From NCBI GenBank assembly GCA_965153355.1, contig OZ231126.1:22568001-22632000 (forward strand): a DNA stretch of 64,000 bases. The letters are read 5' to 3'. A program made the position numbers and the translations under genes. The notes under the pieces are model-generated. The model made no database searches, was not told the origin of the DNA, and saw nothing but the letters and a program-made list of their open reading frames with translations. This document shows positions 1 through 12,452 of this stretch, piece after piece. Numbering within the stretch: the stretch's first letter is position 1; every line of letters starts with the position of its first letter. Source of the stretch: Flaccisagitta enflata. Taxonomy: Eukaryota.

Positions 1-2
1 TT

Positions 3-192
3 TTTGTTGCGTGCATGGAACTCAATAATCTGCTATGTTGGTCAGTCTGTCCGTTGGTCAGTTGGTCACCGTTTGCTTTTTCAGCGTTTTTGGCATTTTT
101 GGGCACTCCTGCCCATATACTTGAGTTAGCTTTTTTCATCACTGTCCCTGCCTATCCACACGCAACTTTGGTAGCCATGTATCCGGCATTGT
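3..192 (+). mobile_element. HINE/DINE-1-like non-autonomous Helentron, diverged copy
   Basis: GTCC/GTTG-type repeat, CCTGCC...CACGCAACT core and 3' GCCATGTATCCGGCATTGTT end shared with other copies. Confidence 0.6.
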
Positions 193-532
193 TTCCTAGT
201 TGAATAGTCTTGGTATTTTATATACAATAATGCATCATGAATATATCAAAGCAGGAGTATCAAAGGCTGTATCTGTAAATCTCTTGCTCTGTTTGCTAAA
301 TGCAAAAATGCCTAACCACTGCAATTCATTCAGCATTTATGTTCGCTTATTTGATTTTACATCAGTTTTCTTTTACAAGAAAAAACATCAAAAATTGGTA
401 ATTCGATTTAACAACATTCAGATTTAACAAGCAAAATTCCCCAGTCCCTTTGAAACCGTTATATTGGGTTTCCACTGTATTTTCAAATATATCGCTTCAT
501 AGTCATCTCCCATAAGTTGTGATGTAGAATTC

Positions 533-633
<101 letters not shown>

Positions 634-1124
634 CACAATGTGAATAGCCGTTTCTGTACTGTTTCAATGATTGTATCTATCAATGGTATTTTATTTTGAT
701 AAAGAATCAACTCTTTATTGGCCCATTTTGCTTTTTTCTACCAACTTTGCCGGATTTATTCCTTCATCACTTACTCCATCATGTCCAATTTTCGATATGT
801 TCCATATCACCTCCCCACTTATTTCTTGATTCTGTCCCGTCCCCAGTCGGTCTGGCCCAACATGTCGCAAATCTTTCAACCTTGTGTTCCTCTTTCTCTC
901 TTTCCTCTTGCTCCTCTTCTTCCTCATTCACTTATTCTATTCTCTGTTTCCATTGCTTCAATTGCTCATCCTCCTCCTCCTCCTCCTCCTCCTTCTCCTC
1001 CTCTTCCTTTTCCTCCAGCGTCGCCTTTTTTGAATTTGCCTCAAATCGTGAGCTGAATTTTTCCTGCGTCGACCTGGAAAAAAAAATACACAACAAACCA
1101 GCGGCGATGTCACGTAACAAAAAC

Positions 1125-1250
1125 GACGACAACAACAACAACAACAACAGCAACAACAGCAACAACAGCAACAACAATAACACCACCACCACCACCACCA
1201 CCACCACCACCACCACCACCACCACCACCACCACCACCACCACCACCACC

Positions 1251-1324
<74 letters not shown>

Positions 1325-1770
1325 AACAACAACAATAACAACAACAATAACAACAACAATAACAACCACAATAACAACAACAATAACAACAACAATAACA
1401 ACAACAATAACAACAACAACAATAACAACAACAATAACAACAACAATAACAAGTGCAACAGCATCAACAGATAACAATTAAGACGCAAGATGACAAACCA
1501 AAATGCAAAATTACACAAAACGTAAGCCAACAACAAAATTCAAGCCATCAACAAAACGCAAGCCAACAACAAAAACCCAAGAAAAGAAAAACAAAAAAAA
1601 AAAAAAAAAAAAAAAACAAAACAAAACAACAACAACAACAATTACAATCAAAAACAACAATTACAACCAAAAACAACAATTACAACCAAAAACAACAATT
1701 ACAACCAAAAACAACAACAGAAGCAACGACAACTACAACAACTACAACAACCATAACATCACCAACAACG
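1125..1770 (+). repeat. Compound (AAC)n/(ACC)n microsatellite
   Basis: Directly visible. Confidence 0.95.
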
Positions 1771-3145
1771 ACAAATACCATAATGAAAACTGACAAAAAC
1801 AATGACAATAAAACTGTAACACAACAGCGACTAAACGTTTCTTGTAACAAGGGAGTTTCATCGACAAATGACTGTCTGAGATCCTCCTATGCCCTCTTCC
1901 CTCCCAGTTAACCGGCATTACTCACTTAAACTGATGTACTGATATACACCTCACACCCACCTCATCTCACCAAAGACAAACACAGAACCGAAAAAAAAGT
2001 TTTGCTCACTTCCAGACAAAGCTTATCTGGCAACAATCGGGTTGAGCTATAGAGAGAGAGGGTGAAACAGTTGCAAAGGGATCGCGCACGAGACTATATT
2101 TTGTTTGAGGTAGAAACGGAGGTTGTAAATCGCGCCGCTTCGGTGGCACTGGCGCATGTCTTACCTCCTTAATTGCACACTTTGCCTTTCTCTTTTTTTG
2201 CTTGTTTATTTCCCTCTCAATTCTTTGCCGGGCCTCTCCCGAGTCGTTTTCAAAAAAAAAAGAAAAAAAAAGAAAGAAAAAAAAAAGCAGAATGAAACTT
2301 TCTTTTTTTTTTTTCTTTTTACTTTTTTTTTCTTTTTGGTTGGTACCTCTTCCCCGTTCATTAGAGTCTTAAAAGCTACCACCGAATAGATAATCCTTGA
2401 CAAGCATCCTATAACATGGGAAAGTGTAGAACAAAGGAAAATACTTTGGAATGACCGAAGGTCAAAACATGAACAAAACTCACCCACCATGGTTTATTTT
2501 TTACCCATCATGATTCGATATGCATTGTTTGTGACATGCCAATTATTATTGTACTAGTTAGTTGACAAAAAAGCAGGCCTGTATAAAGTTGAATGTTCCC
2601 CCCCCCCGGTGGGGGGGGGGAATAAAATCAAAAGGTTTGAAGATGGGGAAAAAATCAAAAGCTGGAAAAGAAGAAAAAAGAAAATTTTTGGAAGATTTTA
2701 CACTTTTGGTAGTTCCAGATGGTAGTATCTGGTTACTACAGCACATTTTAACACTATCTTAACCTATAGAATACTGTTTTATTGCTTTGTGGGGAAGAAA
2801 ATCATTGATTTTGTAAGGCGATGCGCCGCGTCGCGGGGAAGAAAAACAAAGGCCAGGGGGGGGGGGGGAAATCAAAAGCCGCTCAACCATACATATACAC
2901 CCCTGCAAAAAAGGGAGAAGGCATAAACTCTCAAAAAAAGAAGTGTTTTTTTTTAACACAGACGCGGGTTGCCTTAAAGAAAATTTGTATTATCATTCGG
3001 CTTTTTTGGAGGCCATTTATGGAATATTCATGTTTGTGTTAAAATGGTGGCATCTCCATTTCTACCGAGTCGCGACCAACGCTTTCCATCTGAAGATTTA
3101 TGGCTGGCATGTGAGAAGAAAGAAAGAGCGAGAGCGAGAGCGAGC

Positions 3146-3186
<41 letters not shown>

Positions 3187-3348
3187 GAGATCTTCTGAGA
3201 GACACAGACAAAAGGACAGAAAGATTCGCATATAGAAAGACTGAATTATAGATTAAAAGAAAGTAAGAGAAAAAGAAAGAGTGGATGAAGGAAATATGTG
3301 AGGTCGAAAGAAAGACAACATGATGAAAGGCAGAATGAAAAATTGGGA

Positions 3349-3606
3349 TTAAGTGGGAAGGGTAAAAGGAAGGATAAGAAAGAGATCTATGGAAAGACGT
3401 TTTAGTATCATAGTTTCGGAGGCAAGTTGGAATAAGGCTCTTTGTCTGAACAATACTGCATGTGCAACCATGGTTTCGTTTCCTGAATTCTTGATAAGGC
3501 CAAATTGTAATTCTGTTACTATAAGTTGCAGCATGCGCTCCATCGTCCCACGTGGGAAGAACTTGTTAACAAACGTGAGAGTAGCTGGTAGATTCCCCTC
3601 TAGCAT
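3349..3606 (-). pseudogene. Possible degenerate non-LTR retrotransposon RT fragment
   Basis: ERMLQLIVTELQFGLIKNSGNETMV resembles the QxGF...G motif of LINE RT domains. No other RT motifs were recognised nearby. Confidence 0.3.
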
Positions 3607-3881
3607 TTCACATTCTAGCTAGCTTGATCTAGCCTGCCGTCTAAGTTTGCTAAATCAAACCATATGTTTTTTTCTCTTTTTATTTCTCCATTTCCTTCAT
3701 TACCTCATTTTCATTGACTGCTTTGTCTATCTATTGAATTGTGTCTCGTTGCCTTGCTCGTTGCCTTTCTCCATGTATTACCACAATAAACTGGGTAAAT
3801 AAGTTGTGTATTTTGAGCAATAAACATAACGTAACGTTAAGTAAGATTTAGATGTGAAGCAAAAACGAAACATAGACGCGT

Positions 3882-4235
3882 TTTTAGTCGAGGACACGCG
3901 ACTCCACCACCCACTCTGTCAATCTGTCCATCCGTCAGTCCGTCAGTCCGTCCATCACATTTCTAAGTCGCGTGCAACGTGAGTCTACACCCTGCTTTGT
4001 CCGTCCGTCCATCTGTCGGTTGGTCGGTTGGTCGGTCGGTCCCCTTTTTATTTTTTCGGCGTTTTTGTGCGTTTTGAGCTCACTTCTCCTGCCCTAATGC
4101 CCCAGTGACCTTCTCTGTCACTGCCCCTGCCCACCCGCACGCGACTAGGGTATCCTTGTATCCGGCCCTGTTTAATTGCGTGCGGTTTTTGCATTCCTGC
4201 TCCTGCCCAACCATCCACGACTGAATTGCCTTGTT
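3882..4235 (+). mobile_element. Nested HINE-like copies
   Basis: Two AGTCG..CACGCGACT-type heads, GTCC/GGTC microsatellites, CCTGCCCACCCGCACGCGACT core and TATCCGGCCCTGTT end. Confidence 0.7.
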
Positions 4236-5479
4236 TCCTGTGTAAAGTCAGCTTATGTTGATTAAAAAAAAGAAAAGGAACGGTAAAACCCTCATCACGC
4301 GGGATTTTCGCGAATATAAATGTGGTAAAAAAAGAAAAGAGAGAGAGAAAGAACCGAGGAAATATTATACGGGAAATAGAGAAAGAGAGAGAGAGAGAAT
4401 AACAATAGGGTTGGTAGTTATCTGCGATATATCCCAACGAGGAACAAAAGAAAATTGGATGGGTCGTATTTTCCAGACCACAAATGCGGTCGCTCGTAAA
4501 AAGTGGGTCGACGACGTGATTATGGCTCCACTGCGTAGTCAAGAGGAAGCGCGAAAAAAAGGGGGTATGTTTGTAGGCGTCCGATGACGGGGAAGGAAAA
4601 GCGGAAGAGAAATTGAAGGGGGGTTGATTTCCGTTTGATGTGAAATGGAAGTTTCATTCTAGGAAATAGCTGGTATTGGCGAAAAAGAGAGGTGCATGGG
4701 AACATAGAAGTGGAGCAAATGGGGTTTACCGCGGTTGATCCGGGGATGGGAGCTGAAATTTTGGGGAAAAAAAACCCTCATGATGGTCTGTAGGAAAGGC
4801 GGGGGACTGAGATACCGATATGCTTAGAGTGTGAGCTGAATCGATTGGCTCAAGACAAGAGAAACTGGGGTAAAACGCGGGCGTGAACAAGTTTCCGGAC
4901 GACGAGTCGGGTTTGAATAAGTGAAGTATTTGAAGGCAAGTTGAGTCTGAAGATAAAGAACAGACACTGTGATGGTTACAAAAATACAAACTAGTTGTAG
5001 AACAACGATGTAGATACAACCTCAACCAACCATGAAAGTGCCGCCTATGCCACGGTCATGGCTTAAGAAGAGATCCGTTTGGTTCAAGGGATACGGTTGG
5101 TTAGAAGAGCGACCTTGAGACATAATGGCCGATGAGTTGCCATCGCACAAAGTAAGAGTACGGATTATATACTGTGTGATGATTGAACGTCTTCAATGGA
5201 GAAAAGATTATGAAAAGCCAAGGTTAACAGAAATACTCAGAGAGACGGTGTAGTCAAGCCGAGCAAGCTGATCCGGTTGGTTACCTTGTACAACTAGTTG
5301 GAATTATCAACTAGAAGAAGAGGGACAAGTTAGTCGGTAAGTTCATAAAATGATTAAAGGAATGGCATGTGACCGATGGATCATTAAAAAAACGCAATTA
5401 TCTGATATCCAGAACAAAATGATAAGATGCAGACCGTGTCTCTGAAAACGTAGATGCAAATCTACTGAGGGGAATAAAA

Positions 5480-5824
5480 AACAAGGCCAACACCTATAAG
5501 TCGCGTGCGAGACTTACAGACTAAGAATGACTTAAACTGACTTAGAATGAGTTAGAATGACTTTCACTGATTCAAAATGACCTAAAATGACCAAATAGGG
5601 CTTAAAATGACTAAAAAACTTAATGACCAAAAATGACTTAAAAATAACTTAAAATGACATAAAATGACTCAAAATGACTTAGAATAACTATTAATGACTT
5701 AAAATGACTTAAAATGACCAAAGCGTTGACGTTATGTTACAAAATAGTAAAGTGTGACGGACGGATGGACCGACGGACCGACGGACGGACCGACGGACGG
5801 ACGGACGGACGGACCGACTAAAAA
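5480..5824 (-). mobile_element. HINE-like copy with an internal 10-bp AAAATGACTT array
   Basis: AACAAGGCCAACACCTATAAGTCGCGTGC end, AATGACT repeats, GGAC microsatellite, GACTAAAAA end. Confidence 0.7.
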
Positions 5825-6271
5825 TGGTGAACGGGTAAGGGGTGGGAGGAGAACCTATGTTTCTAGAGATGAAAGATGTGTAACCAAAACGTGTCTCACT
5901 GCTGAATACGCTTTCTATGAAAGGTCTGATTTGGAGGAATGGGGAAAAGCTCTGACAGTATGAATGGTGCGTGGACCGTTGGAAAAGTGATTTCTTTTAA
6001 AGGATGTGGTAAGTAAAAGATGGACAAAATGGAGGTGGAAAAACCTACTACCACAAGTGTACACACTAGAAAGTGCTGCAAAAAAAGGGAGGAAAGGCTG
6101 ACATGTAAGGGAAGGATGGAAGTAGGGAGGAAAGGCGTTACCAGAGGCGGAGGACGGCCTTTGTTGAATGAAGTCGTAAATTAGACCAGCGATGAGCCAT
6201 CGCGAGTGGAAATGGCGTCTGTGTGTTCTCAATGCTGCCATCCTCGGCACCATCTCATTCGCGCGCTCTTC

Positions 6272-6354
<83 letters not shown>

Positions 6355-6362
6355 TCTCTCTC

Positions 6363-7277
6363 TATAAATTACGCCCACGAGTTTCAACTGGCACTGTCTA
6401 TGAGCGTCTATCTGACTGACGACTTGTGGTGAAAGAAAGTTGGCCGATTGGAAAATAGGAAGGCGATCGTCTCGTTTATTCCATAAAAATTTCAACAACT
6501 GAAGAGAGGGGGAAAAATGAAAGGGAAAGTGGGCGTTACTTGTGATCAGCAAACGCAAAAGATAACATGAAATCGAGATAGGACACAATAAAGGACAGAA
6601 ACAGCACATGACAACATGTTCATCTTCTTCAGAGCCCATGCCACCTGATAATACCTGCCCCTGCCCCGGCCCATCCCATTAAATTCATCCATATCATCCC
6701 TATAGCAAGCTGATCGGGCAAGCGATAAAACCATACTAAAATCCGGCGATAAAAATGCAAAAGAGCAAAAGACAAAATAACAGACCGGAAAACAAGATAA
6801 AAAACAACGTTAATAAAAGCAAAGACGCGTCTATAAAACTTACTTTTAGGCCCACTTTCGTTGGTTTCAACCCACAGTCTGTCGAAGTCAAATTAACGTT
6901 AATTGTCCGTTCATAAGTTTATCTGCAATAAAAAGATGAGAGATTATTGAAATTAGTGAATTCCAAGGGCGCATTCAAACGATCACGAAAAATCAATCAA
7001 TCACTTTAAGAAGCAATGCCGTAAATAAATAAAATCAATCAATCCAAAAATTGGACGATACGAAAGACGAGTTACGTATGTTCGCCTACGTAATAAAAAC
7101 AAATGGCACAAAATACAAGGCGCAACCATATGGTTACCCATCTAGCGTTCAATATAAAAAATGGCGAGAAACAAAAGACGCGGGCATTGAATAATCGAGA
7201 AAGAGGAAAAGCCAAAAGCACGCAAAAGAGACAAAAGCACACATACTTAAGAAACGGACAGACATACATTTCTAACA
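6363..7277 (-). repeat. 3' LTR of the BEL/Pao element
   Basis: Direct repeat of 18722-19637 with only a handful of substitutions and small indels. The terminal ~8 bp are missing and replaced by the flanking (TC)n tract. Confidence 0.93.
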
Positions 7278-7292
7278 TTCTGCCCCATTTTT
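7278..7292 (-). other. Polypurine tract (plus-strand primer)
   Basis: AAAAATGGGGCAGAA on the minus strand lies immediately before the TGTTAG start of the 3' LTR. Confidence 0.85.
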
Positions 7293-7426
7293 GGAATTTC
7301 ACGAATTTCAAAAATCCGACATCTAGTTTCCAGTCGGGGAAACCCTACTAAAAAACCGATACTACCTTCCTTAAAAAAAATTTACATAGATACAGCCCCC
7401 GCCCCTCCCCCCCCGTCCACCGCCTC

Positions 7427-10400
7427 TTACATCCCCACCCTAACTATCAACAGATCGACGACTGCACGAATGATGATTCCCGTCCGGAAAGGATCCACCA
7501 CCAGCAAATTTTCAACGATCAACGATGACGCGGATGGAGACGAGGCGGCGACGAGGAGGTTGAGGCGCCCGTTCTGTGAAAGTTAAAGGGAAGGGGGGGG
7601 GAAGGGGAACGGGCCTTGGAGCACTCCAAGCCTGGGATTTGACTTGAGAGTGGAAAATAATAAGTGGGGGCATACTACTAAAACATGTCATACGAAAGTA
7701 TTCGTAATAATGACTAAAAAGACCATGTCTAAAACAAACACAACAAAAATGTACATGTTCCAAAGAACCAAACAAAACAAGACAAAATTAAATAAATTAC
7801 TAACTATATAATAAAAACGAATCTGTTAAATAAAAGAAAAATTAGTAAGCATCATGGAACGACCACATCACCTGCGCCTTCTCCATTACAGAGACGAGCG
7901 GGTCATTCCGGCTCCAACATCTCGTCAACTCGTGGGCGAAAGGCGATGAATGATGTCGTCAACGGCGACCGCATCGAAAGGCGCAGGTGGTGCAGCCGTC
8001 TGAGAGTGAATCTCCTCCCCGAAGGGAAGACAAAGAAAGAGAAAGAACAGGGGCAGATTGATTAGTAAAGTTCTTATCGTACACAGATTCAAATTTACCA
8101 CAAAAACTCAACCTCAACCCTTCCCAAACCATGATACTTACGCGGGCGTTTTTCGCCAGGCCCCGGGGCGGACGTCATTCCCACGCCCCGGGTAGCGCCC
8201 CCGACTTGGCCGGCCTGTCCATCGATGGGATGAGGATGTGATGGTGGAATACGATCCTCAGCGAATGGCGGCGCTCTCCACGCCATGTTGCAAATTGGTA
8301 GTTAAATTGAACAGCAACTGGGCGTGGCACCAATCAGCGTTTAGCTGGCGGTCTGATTTTTCCAAGGCCTGGTTCGATTTTTCTTATTCCCAGGCTTGGG
8401 AGCGTCTTTTTGCGACAGGATCTGCTGACCGACTTTTTCTGCAGGAGAAGACGCAGGAGGTGGAGATGCTGCATCGCAATTCGGCGCCAGTCAAAATTTA
8501 GGACGCACAGCGGACGCAGTTTTGAAGTCGACGGCCATAGCCGCCTTTGCGCGTTCCACCGCTTCCTCTTTCTTCTTAGCCTTCATCGCACAGGCCTGCT
8601 TCTCCTTTTCAAGCTGCTTCTCCAGTTCCACGACTCGCTTATTGCCTTTGACCACCTCATTGTCCGCAGCCATTGCTGCTCGACGAGCATCGTCTCTCTC
8701 CTTTTGGATGTTGCGCGAATCCTCTCGTCTAAGACAACGAGCCTTCAACTCGTTGACGCGGAGGAAGCGACGAAGAAGTCTTTTGGAAGCCTTGATGCTA
8801 AATTCTTCACCACCCCCAATGGAGCATTTGAGGTCAGTAAAGAGGCTTCTCGTAGCAATGACTCGGCGATGTGGTGTCCATGCGCAGGATCAAAGGCTGG
8901 ATCCGACGGGGGAGGCGGGTTCTGCACTTGCTGCAGACCTTGGGCAGACTCGGTTTGCTGACGAGGCGCTACACCAGCTTTAACAGATGCTGAAGCACCG
9001 CCAACTAGTTCGCTTCCTACCGCTGCTTTTGATGGCTGCGAGTGAAAGGAAGACGCTCCCGTCTGCTGACCAGAGACTTGAGGTTTAACAGCGGACGCCG
9101 AAGCACCGCAAGTAGAACCTCCCTTGGTTGCTGCTTTATGCTTCTTCCCAGCTCTCTTGGTCTTCTTCCCCTTTGCTGCCGCTGCCCCAGGCGCCTGATT
9201 CAGCTTCTGGGTTGCTGCCAACGTTGCCGTCGACGAACCGCTTGAAGCTTCTCCTTGGCCTTTGGGCGTTACTGCTGCAGGGGGCGCGCCTGGAGGCGCT
9301 TGAAGGGGGCCTTTGCTTTTGGAATTTGGCCCTTTTTGTAGACTCGGCACGTTGCGCGTTTGTGGAGTCTTTCCCCGACGTGATCTCTTCGACTGTTGTG
9401 AGGGAGTGACGTCACGAGGACCCTGTTGCTGCTGATTTGGGGGATGAACCAATCCAGGCGCGATTGACGACTTCCTGATGCTGTAGAGTGAATTGCCGCT
9501 GATGTAGCTGCGGCTGCGTCGAGCACAAATACCGCTGGTGGAGTTGCGGAAGCGTCGACGGAAGTTGCTGCAGATGAATTTGCAGTTGCATCAGGAGGCT
9601 TCGGAGCCGCATTCTTCCTCTTCGTCGCCTGGACCATGCGACGAACCTCCTTATCATGCTCCCTCCTTCTTTTGTTGCTTTGGATTTTGCGCTCCAGAGT
9701 CTCCGAGCCAAGCTCTGTTTGATTAGCCGATGAGCGCATGAGAGTTTGTTTGTTGCAGCATACCGAAAGTTTTTCAAACTCTTTGAAGAGGAGAGATACT
9801 TCGACGTCCGGACTGATGATACGATACCACCAACGCGCCTGCATCCGTTGGTGTTTCTCTTCCGGCGTCGCAGTGTCCACTTCCGGGTCAATGTCTTTCT
9901 CCACCGCCTCCCCATTCACTAACACCTCCTCCTCTGTCTCCATCCCCTCCTCCTCCACTCTTGCTCCATCATTGACCGATCTCTCTCTCTCTTCGCCCCC
10001 GCTGCGTTGACGTGCAGCTGCAGACGCTTGATCACGAGACGCTGGGCGACCGAAATCAAGGCAGAATTGGCGAGGCGATGGGGGCAAATCCGATGATGAT
10101 GACGCCGCCGCAGAAGTGGTGGATAAGTCCGTCGGCGGCCGATTGATCGAGATCCGCCTCGAACCTCCATCTTTGATGACCACCAATGGAGGAAGCGACG
10201 CAGGATCAACGGCTGGATGGCTGTTGACGATTTACCAACGCATCATCTTGTTGGCGCTTTTTATTCGCCATTTTGCGTCTACGACGGAAGGCGAGGTCGC
10301 CATTGAAGGCTGCCAACGCGACAGCCTCCTCCTCCGCCCGAACGACGTCGTGGATGCAGATCCTTCAGTGAGCCGTCGTTGAAGAGTCGATGAAGATCCA

Positions 10401-10549
10401 AGGATCCGTACGACGTCGACACGTCGGCTTCTGCCTCGAGACGCTGCTGACGGGACATCTTGACTCCGACGAGCGACTTCAAGATGCGAACTGACTTCGT
10501 AGATGGAATGACGTCGTCAGCGGAAGCTTTGAAATGTTCGTATTGAGAA
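7427..10549 (-). CDS. Putative accessory gene of the retrotransposon; frameshifted and probably spliced; function unknown
   Basis: Chain of overlapping GC-rich sense ORFs (10279-10578, 9269-10186, 8745-9452, 8491-8748, 8095-8286). Candidate splice sites: acceptor at 10550, donor at 8141, acceptor at 8000 or 8015, donor at 7871, acceptor at 7574. Confidence 0.6.
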
Positions 10550-10808
10550 CTGACAATGGTAAGAACGGATTTTGGCACAATAATATGTACATATAGACAG
10601 AGCGAATGAATCAGTGTTTGATGTGTAAGTGGAAATGGACAACATAATTAACAAGAGGAAAGATGAAAGCATGGATAATCAGAACCAAATATGAATAATA
10701 ACAACTCTTTGTAAATATAACAAGTCAGAGTCTCAATCACTCATATCTATAGTTACTAATGGACAGGCCCATGCGCCTTTTTCTCTCTCTCTCGAAACTT
10801 AGCGTTTT

Positions 10809-12452
10809 TTATGAGTCCAATTCCAGCCGCACGAGCTTCGTGCGGTCTTTCGTCACGATCTTTCCATCTTGGCGCCGGATGTGAGCCCTCCGGACATGGG
10901 CTGACGAACCCTCGACGCCCATGACACGTCCTAAACTCCAATTGTGACGAGGCAGCGTTTCGTCCACGACGATGACCATGTCATCCACCGCAAAGTCTTT
11001 CTCGGATCTCGACCATTTGCTTCGCGCGTGAAGAAGCGACAAATATTCGACCCTCCACGATTTCCAAAATGCATCCACACGCGATTGCGCACGCCTCCAT
11101 TGAATCTTCGCAGAGTCGGCGTCAGAGTTGACGCCTTGTTGCACCAGATCTAGAGGGGCGCGACCGGATGTCGATGGATTGAGGATATGATTCGGTGTGA
11201 GGGCCTCAGAGTCATTTGGATCATCGCTGAGCGCTGTCAGAGGACGGCGGTTGAGAATTCCTTCAACTTCGACAACGGCAGTGTTGAAGGCGTCGACGTG
11301 GAGGATGGCGCCAGTCGAGATGGAAGCAAGATGGCGCTTAAAGAGAGCGACGATTCTCTCCCACACCCCTCCATAGTGGGGTGTTCTCGGCGTGATGAAA
11401 TCCCACCGAAGGCCGCGCCGCTGCAATTCTGGAGTTGACGAGCGGTTCCACGCTTCCATTTCCTTCTTGAGGATATTATTGGCGCCTACTAGATTCGTCC
11501 CGCAATCTGAAGTGAAACGGCGGATTCCTGGGCGCCTTGCTGCAAAGCGGATGATTGCATTTACCATCGCATCGGCTGACATGTTGAAGAGCAATTCCAC
11601 ATGGACGGCGCGTGACACGAAACAGGTGAACACTGCGATCCACACCTTGTGATCAGCACGCCCGTTCATCTTCACCAGGAAATGCCCCATGACATCCAAT
11701 CCAGTCTCTGCAAAGACAGGTGCAGGATTGACGCGATTTGATGGAAGATTGGCCATTTGCTGATTTGCGTTCTTTTTAAAGTTCTTCTGGCATCTGAAGC
11801 ATGTGTTGACGACGCTCTTGACAGCCTGAAGACCTTTGTAATCCACACAAATTGGCAATTGGCACAATGTATGCTTTGCACCCGCGTGAAAATCATTGTG
11901 ATGATAATGGCGAATCAATGATTTCACATTCTTGTCTTTTGGCGGCAGGATGAAGGGAAATTTAGCGTCATGTGCGATGTCGGCGTTTTCCAATCGACTG
12001 CCGACGCGAATGATACCGTCGTCGTCGACGAAGGGATTCAATTTCCGCATCTCTTTATTCTTTATGATGAAGTCATGACGGCTTTCTGGTTTAAAGACTT
12101 TTCCCAACTCCAATTGTTCGAAGATGTCTGAATAATGATGCCGCTGCATTGACTTGACGAGCTGTTTGCGCGCCTCCTCCAAGACGTCTTGCGTCACTTC
12201 CGGTTTAGGAAGGAGATCCTTTGCTGCTCGTGTCTTCGCCCTTGGATACGCTCTCCATCTTTTGACTGCGATAAGAACCATGCCGATGATCCGCAACTTG
12301 TGCATCCATTTTCCCCGAGAAGCTGCTGCAAGAAGTATCGCGTCAGCCACTTGTCTCTTTTCACTTTCAGCCACATACAATGCGGCGACTTGTGCAGAAA
12401 TAGGGCACGTCGCGATGTTCGTCTTTGGCCATTGATCTTCGGGAAGACGCAA
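10809..12452 (-). CDS. pol: Pol: integrase (HHCC, DDE core, C-terminal domain)
   Basis: LNPFVDDDGIIRVGSRL, HHNDFHAG...CFRC, GLDVMGHF, SDCGTNLVGA, GGVWERIV, LTPNHIL, WSLGRV. Confidence 0.95.
   Translation of the reverse strand: MRLPEDQWPKTNIATCPISAQVAALYVAESEKRQVADAILLAAASRGKWMHKLRIIGMVLIAVKRWRAYPRAKTRAAKDLLPKPEVTQDVLEEARKQLVKSMQRHHYSDIFEQLELGKVFKPESRHDFIIKNKEMRKLNPFVDDDGIIRVGSRLENADIAHDAKFPFILPPKDKNVKSLIRHYHHNDFHAGAKHTLCQLPICVDYKGLQAVKSVVNTCFRCQKNFKKNANQQMANLPSNRVNPAPVFAETGLDVMGHFLVKMNGRADHKVWIAVFTCFVSRAVHVELLFNMSADAMVNAIIRFAARRPGIRRFTSDCGTNLVGANNILKKEMEAWNRSSTPELQRRGLRWDFITPRTPHYGGVWERIVALFKRHLASISTGAILHVDAFNTAVVEVEGILNRRPLTALSDDPNDSEALTPNHILNPSTSGRAPLDLVQQGVNSDADSAKIQWRRAQSRVDAFWKSWRVEYLSLLHARSKWSRSEKDFAVDDMVIVVDETLPRHNWSLGRVMGVEGSSAHVRRAHIRRQDGKIVTKDRTKLVRLELDS

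Noticed and set aside
696-1911. Long poly-T/poly-V/poly-L/poly-Q ORFs
   Set aside because: Translations of (AAC)n/(ACC)n microsatellites, which lack stops in several frames; no domain content.
4700-6230. Purine-rich blocks that might be further LINE remnants
   Set aside because: No recognisable RT or endonuclease motif could be read; too degenerate to call.
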